From NCBI GenBank assembly GCA_035575715.1, contig DATLXN010000011.1, positions 6,354-70,353 of the forward strand: a stretch of 64,000 nt of DNA, given 5' to 3'. A model generated the notes under the pieces. That model was not told the DNA's origin and ran no database searches. It was given only the letters and a program-made list of their open reading frames with translations. Both the position numbers and the translations under genes were made by a program. Positions within the stretch are counted from its first letter, which is position 1. Every line of letters begins with the position of its first letter. Below, in pieces: positions 36,889 to 45,209 of the stretch. Origin of the DNA: Vicinamibacterales bacterium (GTDB lineage Bacteria; Acidobacteriota; Vicinamibacteria; Vicinamibacterales; UBA2999).

Positions 36889-38291
36889 CCACTACTCGCC
36901 TGCTGACCTCGTCGATCGCCGTGTTGTTGTTGTGCATCACCCCTGCGGCTGCCGCCTCGCGGACGATGCGGGTGGACTACTTCCACACCGGCAACGCGAC
37001 GCAGGAGATTTACAGTCTCGACCGCGTCGTGATCGAGCCGGCCGAGTGGCCGGGCGATCCACGGAAGACCCTCGATCGGACCAATCTCGGAAAGTATTTG
37101 TTCGAGGTGCGTGACGCCGCATCCGGGAATGTGCTGTTCTCGCGCGGTTTCGCGTCGATCTACGGCGAGTGGGAAACCACCGACGAGGCTAAGGCGATGC
37201 ACCGCACGTTCCACGAATCGCTGCGTTTTCCCGAGCCAGCGGCACCGGTGCGCATCGTGATTCGGAAGCGTGACGCGCAGAACCAGTTCGCGGATGCCTG
37301 GACAACCACGATCAATCCGAAGGACATGTTCGTGGACACGGCGCGGCCGCCGTCGCCCGGGGCGGTAATCGCGCTGGAGAACAACGGCGATCCGACAAGC
37401 AAGGTCGATGTGCTGTTGATGGGCGATGGTTATACCGCGGCCGAACGTCCAAAGTTCGAACGCGACGCGCGTCGATTCGTCGAGATCCTCTTTGCCACCT
37501 CGCCGTTCAAAGAACAACGGCGTCAGTTCGACGTCTGGGGCATCGTGCCGGCGGCCGCGGAGTCCGGCATCTCGCGCCCATCCACCGGCGTCCATCGGGC
37601 GTCGCCGTTAGGCGCCACCTATGACGCGTTCGGATCGGAACGCTACGTCCTGTCGTTCAACAACCGCGCGATGCGCGAAGCGGCGAGCTTCGCGCCGTAT
37701 GAGTTCGTCGAAGTGCTGACCAACACGCGGACCTATGGCGGTGGCGGGATTTTTGGTCTGTACGGCACGGTCGCGGCGGACAGCGAGCAGGCGCCGTACG
37801 TGTTTATCCATGAGTTTGCGCACCACTTTGCGGCGCTGGCCGACGAGTACTACACCTCACCGGTCGCCTATGCGCCCGCACCCGCGACGCGGGTCGAACC
37901 GTGGGAGCCGAACGTCACCGCACTTCTCGACCCCGCCACCTTGAAGTGGCGCGACCTGGTCGCGCCGGGCACGCCGCTCCCGACACCGTGGCTCAAAGAC
38001 GAGTTCGAACGCGAGTCACGTGCCTATGGCGCACGGCGCGCCAGGATCCGCGCCGACAATCGGCCGGAGGAGGAGATGGAAGCGCTGTTCCGCGACAACC
38101 GGACGTTTGAGTTGACGTTATTTGGCCGCGAGACACACGCCGGCAAGGTCGGCGCATTCGAGGGCGCGAACTACGAGGCCAAAGACTACTTCCGCCCCGA
38201 AGTCGACTGCATCATGTTCACGCGGAGCCAGGCGTTTTGCGCGGTGTGCCGGCGGGCACTCGAAGCCGTGATCGCCTTATACGCGGCCTAG
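36885..38291 (+). CDS. M64-family (IgA-peptidase-like) zinc metallopeptidase, secreted
   Basis: Signal peptide present. N-terminal MRVDYFHTGN-type domain. Zinc motif HEFAHHFAALADEY. ATGA overlap with the EAL gene. Confidence 0.75.
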   Translation: MTTTRLLTSSIAVLLLCITPAAAASRTMRVDYFHTGNATQEIYSLDRVVIEPAEWPGDPRKTLDRTNLGKYLFEVRDAASGNVLFSRGFASIYGEWETTDEAKAMHRTFHESLRFPEPAAPVRIVIRKRDAQNQFADAWTTTINPKDMFVDTARPPSPGAVIALENNGDPTSKVDVLLMGDGYTAAERPKFERDARRFVEILFATSPFKEQRRQFDVWGIVPAAAESGISRPSTGVHRASPLGATYDAFGSERYVLSFNNRAMREAASFAPYEFVEVLTNTRTYGGGGIFGLYGTVAADSEQAPYVFIHEFAHHFAALADEYYTSPVAYAPAPATRVEPWEPNVTALLDPATLKWRDLVAPGTPLPTPWLKDEFERESRAYGARRARIRADNRPEEEMEALFRDNRTFELTLFGRETHAGKVGAFEGANYEAKDYFRPEVDCIMFTRSQAFCAVCRRALEAVIALYAA

Positions 38292-38297
38292 AAATTC

Positions 38298-38359
38298 AAC
38301 ACGAAGTTCCCGAACAGCACGAAGTGAATGATTTCTTCGTCTACTTCGTGTTCTTCGTG
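38298..38359. repeat. inverted cluster of CACGAAG / CTTCGTG words between convergent genes
   Basis: CACGAAG occurs at 38300 and 38318. CTTCGTC occurs at 38335 and CTTCGTG at 38344 and 38353 (9-nt spacing). The arms can pair as an imperfect hairpin. Confidence 0.75.
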
Positions 38360-38368
38360 TCGTTTCCC

Positions 38369-38393
38369 GACGACCGACCACCGACGACCGACC
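38369..38393. repeat. 3.5 tandem heptamers GACGACC GACCACC GACGACC GACC
   Basis: Read directly from the sequence. Same family and orientation as the 30-unit array at 39937-40146. It runs into the stop codon (38393-38395) of the minus-strand hydrolase gene. Confidence 0.85.
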
Positions 38394-39916
38394 TATTGTC
38401 GCGTCGTCGGATTCTGTTTTTTCTTCGTCGCGAAAAACTCAAACATCCCGGCCAGGTTCGGCACGACCACGTCGCTGTGGCCGCCGCCGGGGACTTCGAT
38501 GTAGACGTGATCGACCTCCTGCGTCTTCATCTCGGCCACCATGCCGCGGGAGCCGCCGACCGGGACCGTCGGGTCGTTGTCGCCGTGCACGACAAACTGC
38601 GGGATGTGCTTCATTCGCACCACGCTGGTCGGTGCGCCGGTGCCGGCAAAGGTTCCAAGCGCCGCCCAGATATCCGGGTACTTCGCAGCGAGGAACCAGG
38701 TGCCGATCGCGCCCATTGAGTGGCCCATCAGGAAGATGCGTGAGTCGTCGACTTTGAAATCACGGCGCATCCGCGCCAGCACCTGCATCACATCCTGTTC
38801 GCTGAATTCCTGCTTGCGCTTCGACGCGGCGTCGCTGCCATAGCTGAAGCCGTAGAAGCCGTCCACGCGGTAGCCGAGTGGGGACACCGCGATGAAGCCG
38901 TGCTTCTCCGCGAGTTCAGGCACGCGCTTGGCGTAGTTGTCCATCATGCCATCTTCGTTCCCCCCCAAACCATGGAGCGCGACAACCAGTGGCGCCGGTT
39001 TGGCCGGGTTGTAGGTCGACGGGACGTAGACGCGGTAGGGCATGATCTCGCCGGCCACTTCGAGCAGATAGTGGCGTTCGAAGTCGCCGGTGCGGTTGGC
39101 AAACGGATCCTTGCCGCCGTTCGCGGCGGCGGCAATGGTCTCGGCGGCAGCCAACTCTTTGGCCAGGTCGAACTGACTCAACTCCATCGTGCCGCGGTTC
39201 ACTTTGCGCAGGTAGTCGGCCGGGTAGCGGATGTCGGCGCGCACATTGTCGGCAGCGGCAAGCGCCGCCTTCTCCAACGCGGCCAGCCGCGACTCGAGCC
39301 CTTTCTGCACAGCGATACGCAGGCTCGCGGTGCCCAGCTTGGCGGCCCCATCGCTCACGTCGACATCGAGCATGTAAGCGCCGTCGGGTACGGCCGACAG
39401 ATCGAGTTCCATGTGCAGCGGCATGTCGCGCAGATCACGACTGACGTCGCTGAAGTCCGCGATTGGCTTCAGGTCACCGGCGCCGGCCGGCGCCGCCAGC
39501 AGTGGCCGCACGGTTGCGCGTGCCGTCAGCGGGCTGGCCAACTGCATGACCGGCGCAAAGATCTGCTCGAGCCGGACGTGATACGGCAGTGATGAGTCGA
39601 CGAACTGCCGCTCGCTGCGCAGGATCAGTGACTGATCGAAGTCATCGGCGTCGGTCCACGGCCGCTTGTTGAGCAGGGCCATCCCCTTGGCGATCTGGCG
39701 CCGCATCTCCGCCGTCCGGCCAAGACGCATCGCCTCGGCGATCTCTTTGTCGATCGCATCGATGGCGATCTTCAATTCGCCGTCAGGCTTGACGCGATTC
39801 TTGAGTGAGTTGTAGCCAACGCGCGCGAGTGCGGCGTTGGGCGGCGCCTGGGCAAAGGCTGGCGCCGATAAGGCGAGGGCAACCGCTGCGATGGTGACAA
39901 GACGGGCAATGCGCAT
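38393..39916 (-). CDS. secreted alpha/beta hydrolase (esterase/peptidase type) with an N-terminal domain of about 270 aa and unknown function
   Basis: Signal peptide MRIARLVTIAAVALALSAPAFAQ. C-terminal motifs VVALHGLGGNED, GHSMGAIG (nucleophile elbow) and HGDNDPTVP. SD GGGAG lies on the minus strand at 39921-39925. Confidence 0.7.
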   Translation of the reverse strand: MRIARLVTIAAVALALSAPAFAQAPPNAALARVGYNSLKNRVKPDGELKIAIDAIDKEIAEAMRLGRTAEMRRQIAKGMALLNKRPWTDADDFDQSLILRSERQFVDSSLPYHVRLEQIFAPVMQLASPLTARATVRPLLAAPAGAGDLKPIADFSDVSRDLRDMPLHMELDLSAVPDGAYMLDVDVSDGAAKLGTASLRIAVQKGLESRLAALEKAALAAADNVRADIRYPADYLRKVNRGTMELSQFDLAKELAAAETIAAAANGGKDPFANRTGDFERHYLLEVAGEIMPYRVYVPSTYNPAKPAPLVVALHGLGGNEDGMMDNYAKRVPELAEKHGFIAVSPLGYRVDGFYGFSYGSDAASKRKQEFSEQDVMQVLARMRRDFKVDDSRIFLMGHSMGAIGTWFLAAKYPDIWAALGTFAGTGAPTSVVRMKHIPQFVVHGDNDPTVPVGGSRGMVAEMKTQEVDHVYIEVPGGGHSDVVVPNLAGMFEFFATKKKQNPTTRQ

Positions 39917-39936
39917 GTGACTCCCTCTGATCGATT

Positions 39937-40146
39937 GGCGATTGGCGATTGACGACCGACGACTGACGACTGACGACTGACGACTGACGACTGACGACTG
40001 GCGATTGACGACCGACGACTGGCGATTGACGACCGACGACTGACGACCGACGACTGACGACTGACGACTGGCGACTGGCGACTGGCGACTGGCGATTGGC
40101 GATTGGCGATTGGCGATTGGCGATTGGCGATTGGCGACCGACGACC
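39937..40146. repeat. 30-unit heptanucleotide tandem array, consensus GRCGAYY
   Basis: Counted by hand in one unbroken register. Units are GGCGATT x10, GACGACT x11, GACGACC x5, GGCGACT x3 and GGCGACC x1, arranged in homogeneous blocks. The array fills 210 of the 254 nt between divergent start codons. Confidence 0.95.
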
Positions 40147-40170
40147 GGCAGTGTGATAGGTTCCCGCCAA

Positions 40171-40677
40171 ATGATCAACAAAGCGCTGACTGTCGGGGTA
40201 TTGGCTTTGGTCACGGCTGTTGCCACGGGGGCCCAGGGTCCCGCCGCACCATCGGCGACCACCGAGACGCAACGCAAATTCGTCGGCCATTGGCGGCTAT
40301 TGAAGTTTGAAAATTTCGACGAGAAAGGCGTGGCGCGGCTGGCCGGCTACGACGGTGGACGGATCATCTATGACGACGCCGGCAACATGTCGGCGCAGCT
40401 GATGCGATCCGAACGCAAACTGATGGCTCAGCTCTCCACAGAAGCTGAACGCGCCGCTGCATACGCCACCTACACCGCGTACTACGGGAAGTACACCATC
40501 GACAGCAGCGCAGCAAGGGTCACGCATCACGTCGAAGGTTCGGTCAATCCGAACTGGGTCAAGACCGACCTGGTGCGCTATTACGCCTTCTCCAACAGCG
40601 ACAACACGATGACGTTGTCGATCAAGAACGCCGAGGGTCGGATCACCGGCACGCTCACGTGGGAGCGTTTGCGGTAG
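40171..40677 (+). CDS. lipocalin-like domain protein, secreted
   Basis: The start was set to ATG 40171 (MINKALTVGVLALVTAVATGAQG). The track ORF start at 40096 lies inside the heptamer array. FVGHWRLLKFENFDEKG is typical of lipocalin-like domains. Confidence 0.6.
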   Translation: MINKALTVGVLALVTAVATGAQGPAAPSATTETQRKFVGHWRLLKFENFDEKGVARLAGYDGGRIIYDDAGNMSAQLMRSERKLMAQLSTEAERAAAYATYTAYYGKYTIDSSAARVTHHVEGSVNPNWVKTDLVRYYAFSNSDNTMTLSIKNAEGRITGTLTWERLR

Positions 40678-40716
40678 GCGAAGACTCCTCGCTGAACTGC
40701 GAAATCTTCTTGAACC

Positions 40717-40749
40717 ATTCCGTGGTCCTGCGTTTCCGTGCCACGCAGG
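40717..40749. repeat. TTCCGTG-N9-TTCCGTG element with embedded hairpin
   Basis: TTCCGTG occurs at 40718 and 40734 (16-nt period). CCTGCG (40727-40732) pairs with CGCAGG (40744-40749). The element is about 85 percent identical by eye to 58178-58210. Confidence 0.8.
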
Positions 40750-40767
40750 TCCCCCGTTTGAACGTGT

Positions 40768-42036
40768 CTAGCGTTTCGCTGAGTATGCCTTTGCCTGCTG
40801 ACTGACGATGTCGAGCAGGTTGCCCATCGCCAGATTGACGTCGATCAAGTGCAGGCCCCAATTGCCCTGCACGCGTCCCGCCGCGCCCAGGTCTCCGGGG
40901 AGGTCATCCGCTCGCACATCCGCGGGATTGCCGTGGACGGTCACTTCGAGAAATGTCCCGTTGTCGTTGGTGGCGCATTTCGCCGAGACCAGACCAGGAA
41001 CGCTGACAAACGGGGTCTCGACAAGCGCACCAGTAGTCACCCACTGGTGTTTTTGCGGCACACTGCTGGCAATCAGGCTGCCCTGTCCGGTCAGATAGGA
41101 ATCGAGCGCGCCACTGCCGCCGCCGAGCGCTGCGGGATTGGTGCAGACCGACTCCATGCCTTCGCCGGCGACGCGACCGAACAGTGTGTTTGCGGGAGGG
41201 GGCAGCGTCGACCGGAATGCCGCATACGAAATCAGGCAACCGGTTTGCTGCGCGGAGCGACACACCGGAAATGTTTTGAATGCGCCGCCGACGTCTTTGC
41301 CTTTGACGACCGGGATGCTGGTGCCCAGCAGGATGGCCGACACAATCTGCGACTGAATCGGCTTGCCGTCGACCTGGTTGGCGATCAACGTGGTCAGCAC
41401 CATCGCGCCTTGCGAGTGGCCGATCAACACCACACCGCGGCCGTTGTTGTCGTTCTTCAAATAGTGATTCCACGCCTCGACGACATCGTCGTACCCGGGG
41501 CCGCGATCAAGTGAAAGCCGCCCGCCGCCCGCCATCGCGCTGCGTAGGCCGGTCAGCGTCACCTGGCGATACAGTGGCGCGAATGGCCGGCACTGCGAGG
41601 CAAAGCGCGCAAATTGCTGGCGGATCACGTTGGTTTCTTCCGGACCGACGATCATGTCGCTGTTGGTGGTCTGGTCGTTGGACACCGTCGGATACACGTA
41701 GAAGCAATCGATCGGTGCTTTCGGATTCGCAGCCCATGTCTCTCGGGTCAACGTACCGTCGGCGCCAATCACCGACGTCGTGAGATCAATCGCACACGCG
41801 TCCATCCGGCCCGGGCGGCACAACCAGGCGTCGGGTTTGCTGTAATCGTTCTTCACTGGCGCCGCGGCGGGCGTCGGAAATGTGGGACTTGGCACCTGGA
41901 CTCCAGGAGTCGGAGGCGTGGGCTGCACCAGCGTCGGTTTCGGCGTCACCGGGGGCACGCCGGTCGACGGCGTTTGCGCGCTGACCTGGAGGTGGCCAGC
42001 CACCACCACGGCGAGAACGATCAGAAGTCGGAACAC
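40768..42036 (-). CDS. secreted alpha/beta hydrolase, DUF3089-like
   Basis: Signal peptide present, then a Pro-rich linker and a GHSQGA nucleophile elbow. The family name is from recall. Confidence 0.55.
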   Translation of the reverse strand: MFRLLIVLAVVVAGHLQVSAQTPSTGVPPVTPKPTLVQPTPPTPGVQVPSPTFPTPAAAPVKNDYSKPDAWLCRPGRMDACAIDLTTSVIGADGTLTRETWAANPKAPIDCFYVYPTVSNDQTTNSDMIVGPEETNVIRQQFARFASQCRPFAPLYRQVTLTGLRSAMAGGGRLSLDRGPGYDDVVEAWNHYLKNDNNGRGVVLIGHSQGAMVLTTLIANQVDGKPIQSQIVSAILLGTSIPVVKGKDVGGAFKTFPVCRSAQQTGCLISYAAFRSTLPPPANTLFGRVAGEGMESVCTNPAALGGGSGALDSYLTGQGSLIASSVPQKHQWVTTGALVETPFVSVPGLVSAKCATNDNGTFLEVTVHGNPADVRADDLPGDLGAAGRVQGNWGLHLIDVNLAMGNLLDIVSQQAKAYSAKR

Positions 42037-42070
42037 AAGGCCTCCTCAGTAAAAATCAGATCACCAGGTC

Positions 42071-42973
42071 TTAATGGCTCATCGAATAGAGCGTGACGTT
42101 AATGCCTAACGCATACCCGTCAATCGCAAACGCATGGAAATAGTTCGGGTCGTCGCCTTCGCGTTCCCACGAATCACCGACGTCGGTGTTGTGTGTCATC
42201 AACACCATCAGCCGGCCGTGGTTGTCGAGGATGCCGCGCGCGGTCGCGGTGGCGCTGTCGTCGCCCCGCTCTGACGTGCCGCCGCCGCTGCCCATCCAAT
42301 GCCCGATCGATGGAATCTGCGGCACCTTCTTGATCACGAAATGCGTTTTGAAGAGGGGATGATCGAGCGGTAATTCGACGATTGGGTACTGTCCGGCCGG
42401 AAAGACTTTGCGCAGCTCGGCTTCCCACGATTGCCATGCGTAGGATCCCCAGAAGTCATCGGCCCAAAGAAAGCCGCCCTTGAGCAGATACTCGCGCAGC
42501 CGGATCACTTCCTGGTCATCGAGAAAGGCCCCGCCGACTTCGGTCATCATTACAAACGGACACTGAAACATCGCCTCGTCGGTGAGCCGTACCACCAGGT
42601 GATTGGGTTCGCGGGCGCTGTCGAAGCTGACGCGCGTTTTGGTGAGTTCCGATAAGCGAATCGAGAGATTGGCGTCAGCTTGCGGGTAATCGACGCCCCA
42701 GCCGCCGCCGTCACCGCGCCCGTTACGATAGGCGACACGGCAGAAGTGGTAGGCGCCATCAAAGTCGGCTGGCGCGGCCATGCGCACCGCCGCCCCGCCG
42801 CGACCACCCCCGCGACGCTGCGCCTCGCCGATTGTTGCGCCGGCAACAAGCAGGACCACGAGCAGCCCGGGAAGTGCACGAGCGGCGATCACGCGCACAG
42901 GATATACGATGCGGTATGGCTTCCGACATTCCACTTCGGCCATTCGGGCGCAGCGGCGAACGCGTGTCGGCAC
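42071..42973 (-). CDS. DUF4159-like protein
   Basis: YHFCRVAYRNGRGDGGGWGVDYPQADANLSIRLSELT, FVMMTEVG and LREYLLKGGFLWADDFWG. The true start is probably internal (ATG at 42943 or a GTG near 42898), because the longest ORF overlaps the divergent reductase gene. Confidence 0.6.
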   Translation of the reverse strand: MPTRVRRCARMAEVECRKPYRIVYPVRVIAARALPGLLVVLLVAGATIGEAQRRGGGRGGAAVRMAAPADFDGAYHFCRVAYRNGRGDGGGWGVDYPQADANLSIRLSELTKTRVSFDSAREPNHLVVRLTDEAMFQCPFVMMTEVGGAFLDDQEVIRLREYLLKGGFLWADDFWGSYAWQSWEAELRKVFPAGQYPIVELPLDHPLFKTHFVIKKVPQIPSIGHWMGSGGGTSERGDDSATATARGILDNHGRLMVLMTHNTDVGDSWEREGDDPNYFHAFAIDGYALGINVTLYSMSH

Positions 42974-43830
42974 TCGGGCTCGGTGGCTACCATCTCGGCG
43001 GGATCACGTCGAGCCGCACGGCGACGCGCATCGTCCATGCCGCCATCGATGCCGGCATCACCTTCATGGACAACGCGTGGGAATACCACCAGGGCGAGAG
43101 TGAAACGCGCATGGGCAAAGCGATTGCGGACCGCCGCGATCGCGTGTTCCTGATGACCAAGGTCTGCACCCACGGCCGCAATGCCCGCGTCGCCATGCGC
43201 CAACTTGAAGAGTCACTGCGCCGGCTGAACACCGACTACCTCGATCTCTGGCAAGTGCACGAGTGTGTCTATTACTCTGACCCGTCACGTCATTTTGCCA
43301 AGGGCGGCGTCATCGAGGCGCTCGACCGCGCCAAGGAGCAGGGCAAGGTGCGCTTCGTCGGGTTCACCGGCCACAAAGATCCGGCGATTCATCTTGAGAT
43401 GCTCTCGCACAAATATCCTTTCGATGCCTGCCAGCTGCCATTGAACGCATTCGACGCGTCCTTCCGCAGTTTCGAAAGAGACGTGCTGCCTGTCCTGGTT
43501 CGACGGGGTATTGCGCCAATTGGGATGAAGAGCATGGGCGGCCGCGGCGAGTCGGTGGAACAGCGAGCACTCACCGCGACCAAGGCGTTGCGTTACGCGA
43601 TGAGTCTGCCGGTCGCCGTCACCGTCAGCGGCATTGATTCCGAGCAAGTGCTCAAACAGAACCTGCGCATCGCCCGCGGCTTCACGCCATTCACCGCGCG
43701 CGAGATGACCGCCTTACGTCGCGAAGTGGCGGACGATGCAGCGGATGGACGGTTCGAGTTGTACAAGACCACCGGCGAACACGACGGCGACGAGGGTCGT
43801 GCGCAGCACGGCTACCCGCCGCAACAGTAA
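42916..43830 (+). CDS. aldo/keto reductase
   Basis: The start was set to ATG 42916 (MASDIPLRPFGRSGERVSALGLGGYHLGG). DNAWEYHQGESE and LWQVHE are also present. Confidence 0.8.
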   Translation: MASDIPLRPFGRSGERVSALGLGGYHLGGITSSRTATRIVHAAIDAGITFMDNAWEYHQGESETRMGKAIADRRDRVFLMTKVCTHGRNARVAMRQLEESLRRLNTDYLDLWQVHECVYYSDPSRHFAKGGVIEALDRAKEQGKVRFVGFTGHKDPAIHLEMLSHKYPFDACQLPLNAFDASFRSFERDVLPVLVRRGIAPIGMKSMGGRGESVEQRALTATKALRYAMSLPVAVTVSGIDSEQVLKQNLRIARGFTPFTAREMTALRREVADDAADGRFELYKTTGEHDGDEGRAQHGYPPQQ

Positions 43831-43850
43831 CCACTGATTCGAAAACGAAC

Positions 43851-43882
43851 CACAGATTTCACAGATCTCAAGACGTCACAGA
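43851..43882. repeat. three CACAGA words in a 5' intergenic region
   Basis: CACAGA occurs at 43851, 43860 and 43877. The reverse complement shares GTGAAATCTGTGG with 57237-57249. Confidence 0.7.
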
Positions 43883-43889
43883 CTCGGAA

Positions 43890-44351
43890 ATGCTGAACGC
43901 ACTCGATGACACCGTGCTGGCCACTATTCGACGAGGCATCCTCGCGATCGTCGGGCTCGGGCTGAGCGGTATGTTGATCGAGTTGTGGCTGATCAATCAT
44001 CGCGAGGACTCCAACCAGGTGATCCCGCTCGTCGTGGCCGCCGCGGCGTTGATCGTGTTGGCGTGGGTGGCGATTCGACCGGGCCTGGGCATCCTGCGTG
44101 CGATGCAGTTCATGATGCTGACCTGCATCGGCACTGGCATTCTCGGCGTCACGCTGCACTTCCAGGCGAACGCGGCCTTTCAGCGCGAACTCGATCCAAC
44201 CATCGCCGCCGGCGCGTTGATCTGGAAGGTGGTCGAAGCGACGGCGCCACCGGCGCTGTCGCCGGGACTCATGGTCCAATTGGGTTTACTGGGATTGGTG
44301 TATACCTACAAACACCCGGCGCTGCGCGGTGAAGAGTTCGATGGGAGATAA
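43890..44351 (+). CDS. small integral membrane protein, unknown function
   Basis: 153-aa ORF with four hydrophobic segments. No recognisable motif. Confidence 0.5.
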   Translation: MLNALDDTVLATIRRGILAIVGLGLSGMLIELWLINHREDSNQVIPLVVAAAALIVLAWVAIRPGLGILRAMQFMMLTCIGTGILGVTLHFQANAAFQRELDPTIAAGALIWKVVEATAPPALSPGLMVQLGLLGLVYTYKHPALRGEEFDGR

Positions 44352-44354
44352 ACG

Positions 44355-44984
44355 ATGAAGTCAGTGATTGTGGTGCTCGCGTTGGCGATGGCCTCGGCCG
44401 TCGCCGTTGAAGCGCAGGTTGGCAAGTCGCACGGCTTGCTGGATGCCAATACCGCCAGCGAAGCGGACCTGCTCAAGGCACCGCACGTGACTGCCGCGAT
44501 TGCCAAAGCGATCGTCGCCGCGCGACCATTCGCGAGCATCACTGAGCTTCACAAGCTGCTGCTCTCGCACAAGCTCACGGCCGACCAGACCGCGGCTGTG
44601 TATGGCCGGGCCTTTGTCCACATCAACCTGAACACCGCGACGGCTGCAGAGATCATGTTGATCCCCGGCGCCGGTAAGCGCATCGCCCACGAATTCGAGG
44701 AATACCGGCCGTGGAAGTCGTGGGCACAGTTCGACAAAGAGATCAGCAAATACGTCGGCGCCAAAGAAACCACACGCCTCGCGCAGTACGGCTTTATCCC
44801 GCTCAATTTGAATACCGCCTCGGACGCCGACCTCCTCACTATTCCTGGTGTCGGTCAGAAGATGCTGCACGAGTTCAAAGAATACCGGCCGTGGAAGACG
44901 ACCGGCCAGTTCGACAAAGAGATCGGGAAGTACGTGGACGCCAAGGAAGTGCGGCGTCTGGCCCGCTACGTCACGATCCAATAG
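44355..44984 (+). CDS. secreted helix-hairpin-helix (ComEA-like) repeat protein
   Basis: Signal peptide present. Three N(L)NTA(S/T)..(D/E)L....PG(V/A)G-type HhH units. An internally duplicated block EYRPWK(S/T)..QFDKEI.KYV.AKE..RLA.Y is also present. Confidence 0.6.
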   Translation: MKSVIVVLALAMASAVAVEAQVGKSHGLLDANTASEADLLKAPHVTAAIAKAIVAARPFASITELHKLLLSHKLTADQTAAVYGRAFVHINLNTATAAEIMLIPGAGKRIAHEFEEYRPWKSWAQFDKEISKYVGAKETTRLAQYGFIPLNLNTASDADLLTIPGVGQKMLHEFKEYRPWKTTGQFDKEIGKYVDAKEVRRLARYVTIQ

Positions 44985-45209
44985 GCTGGATTTCAGCTCA
45001 TCCTAATCAGGAATTCGCGAAAATCGCCGTAAAACATTGACGGACTCCGCGTGAGTGCGCTATACGAAACGTCTATTCCCGTTTGCAACTAGGGTGTCTC
45101 TGCGTGTGCCCGCAGATATTTCGGTGCAAGCGTTGCGTTGCTTTGTTCGGCGTTGCCGCGATCGCTTTCGCGCGCACACAGGAATGTCGGAGTTGAAAGG
45201 GGCTTGGTA

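Noticed and set aside
39937-40146. CRISPR array as an explanation for the repeat-rich intergenic regions.
   Set aside because: The repeats are 7-8 nt and directly abutting, with no unique spacers. No cas genes are in the window.
39772-40290. Minus-strand ORFs of 172 and 164 aa, and the N-terminal extension of the 40096 ORF, all running through the heptamer array (translations such as SPIANRQSPIANRQ).
   Set aside because: The periodic peptide is a direct consequence of a 7-nt repeat that lacks stop codons on that strand. The ORFs overlap the well-supported hydrolase 5' end. A real repeat protein cannot be strictly excluded without proteomics.
45037-45209. A candidate sigma-70 promoter lies upstream of the second TonB-dependent receptor: TTGACG at 45037-45042, an 18-nt spacer, then TATACG at 45061-45066. 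The following 140-nt leader might be a cobalamin or other riboswitch.
   Set aside because: The hexamers are weak matches with non-optimal spacing. I found no B12-box or other riboswitch core sequence in the leader. A covariance-model scan is needed before any claim.
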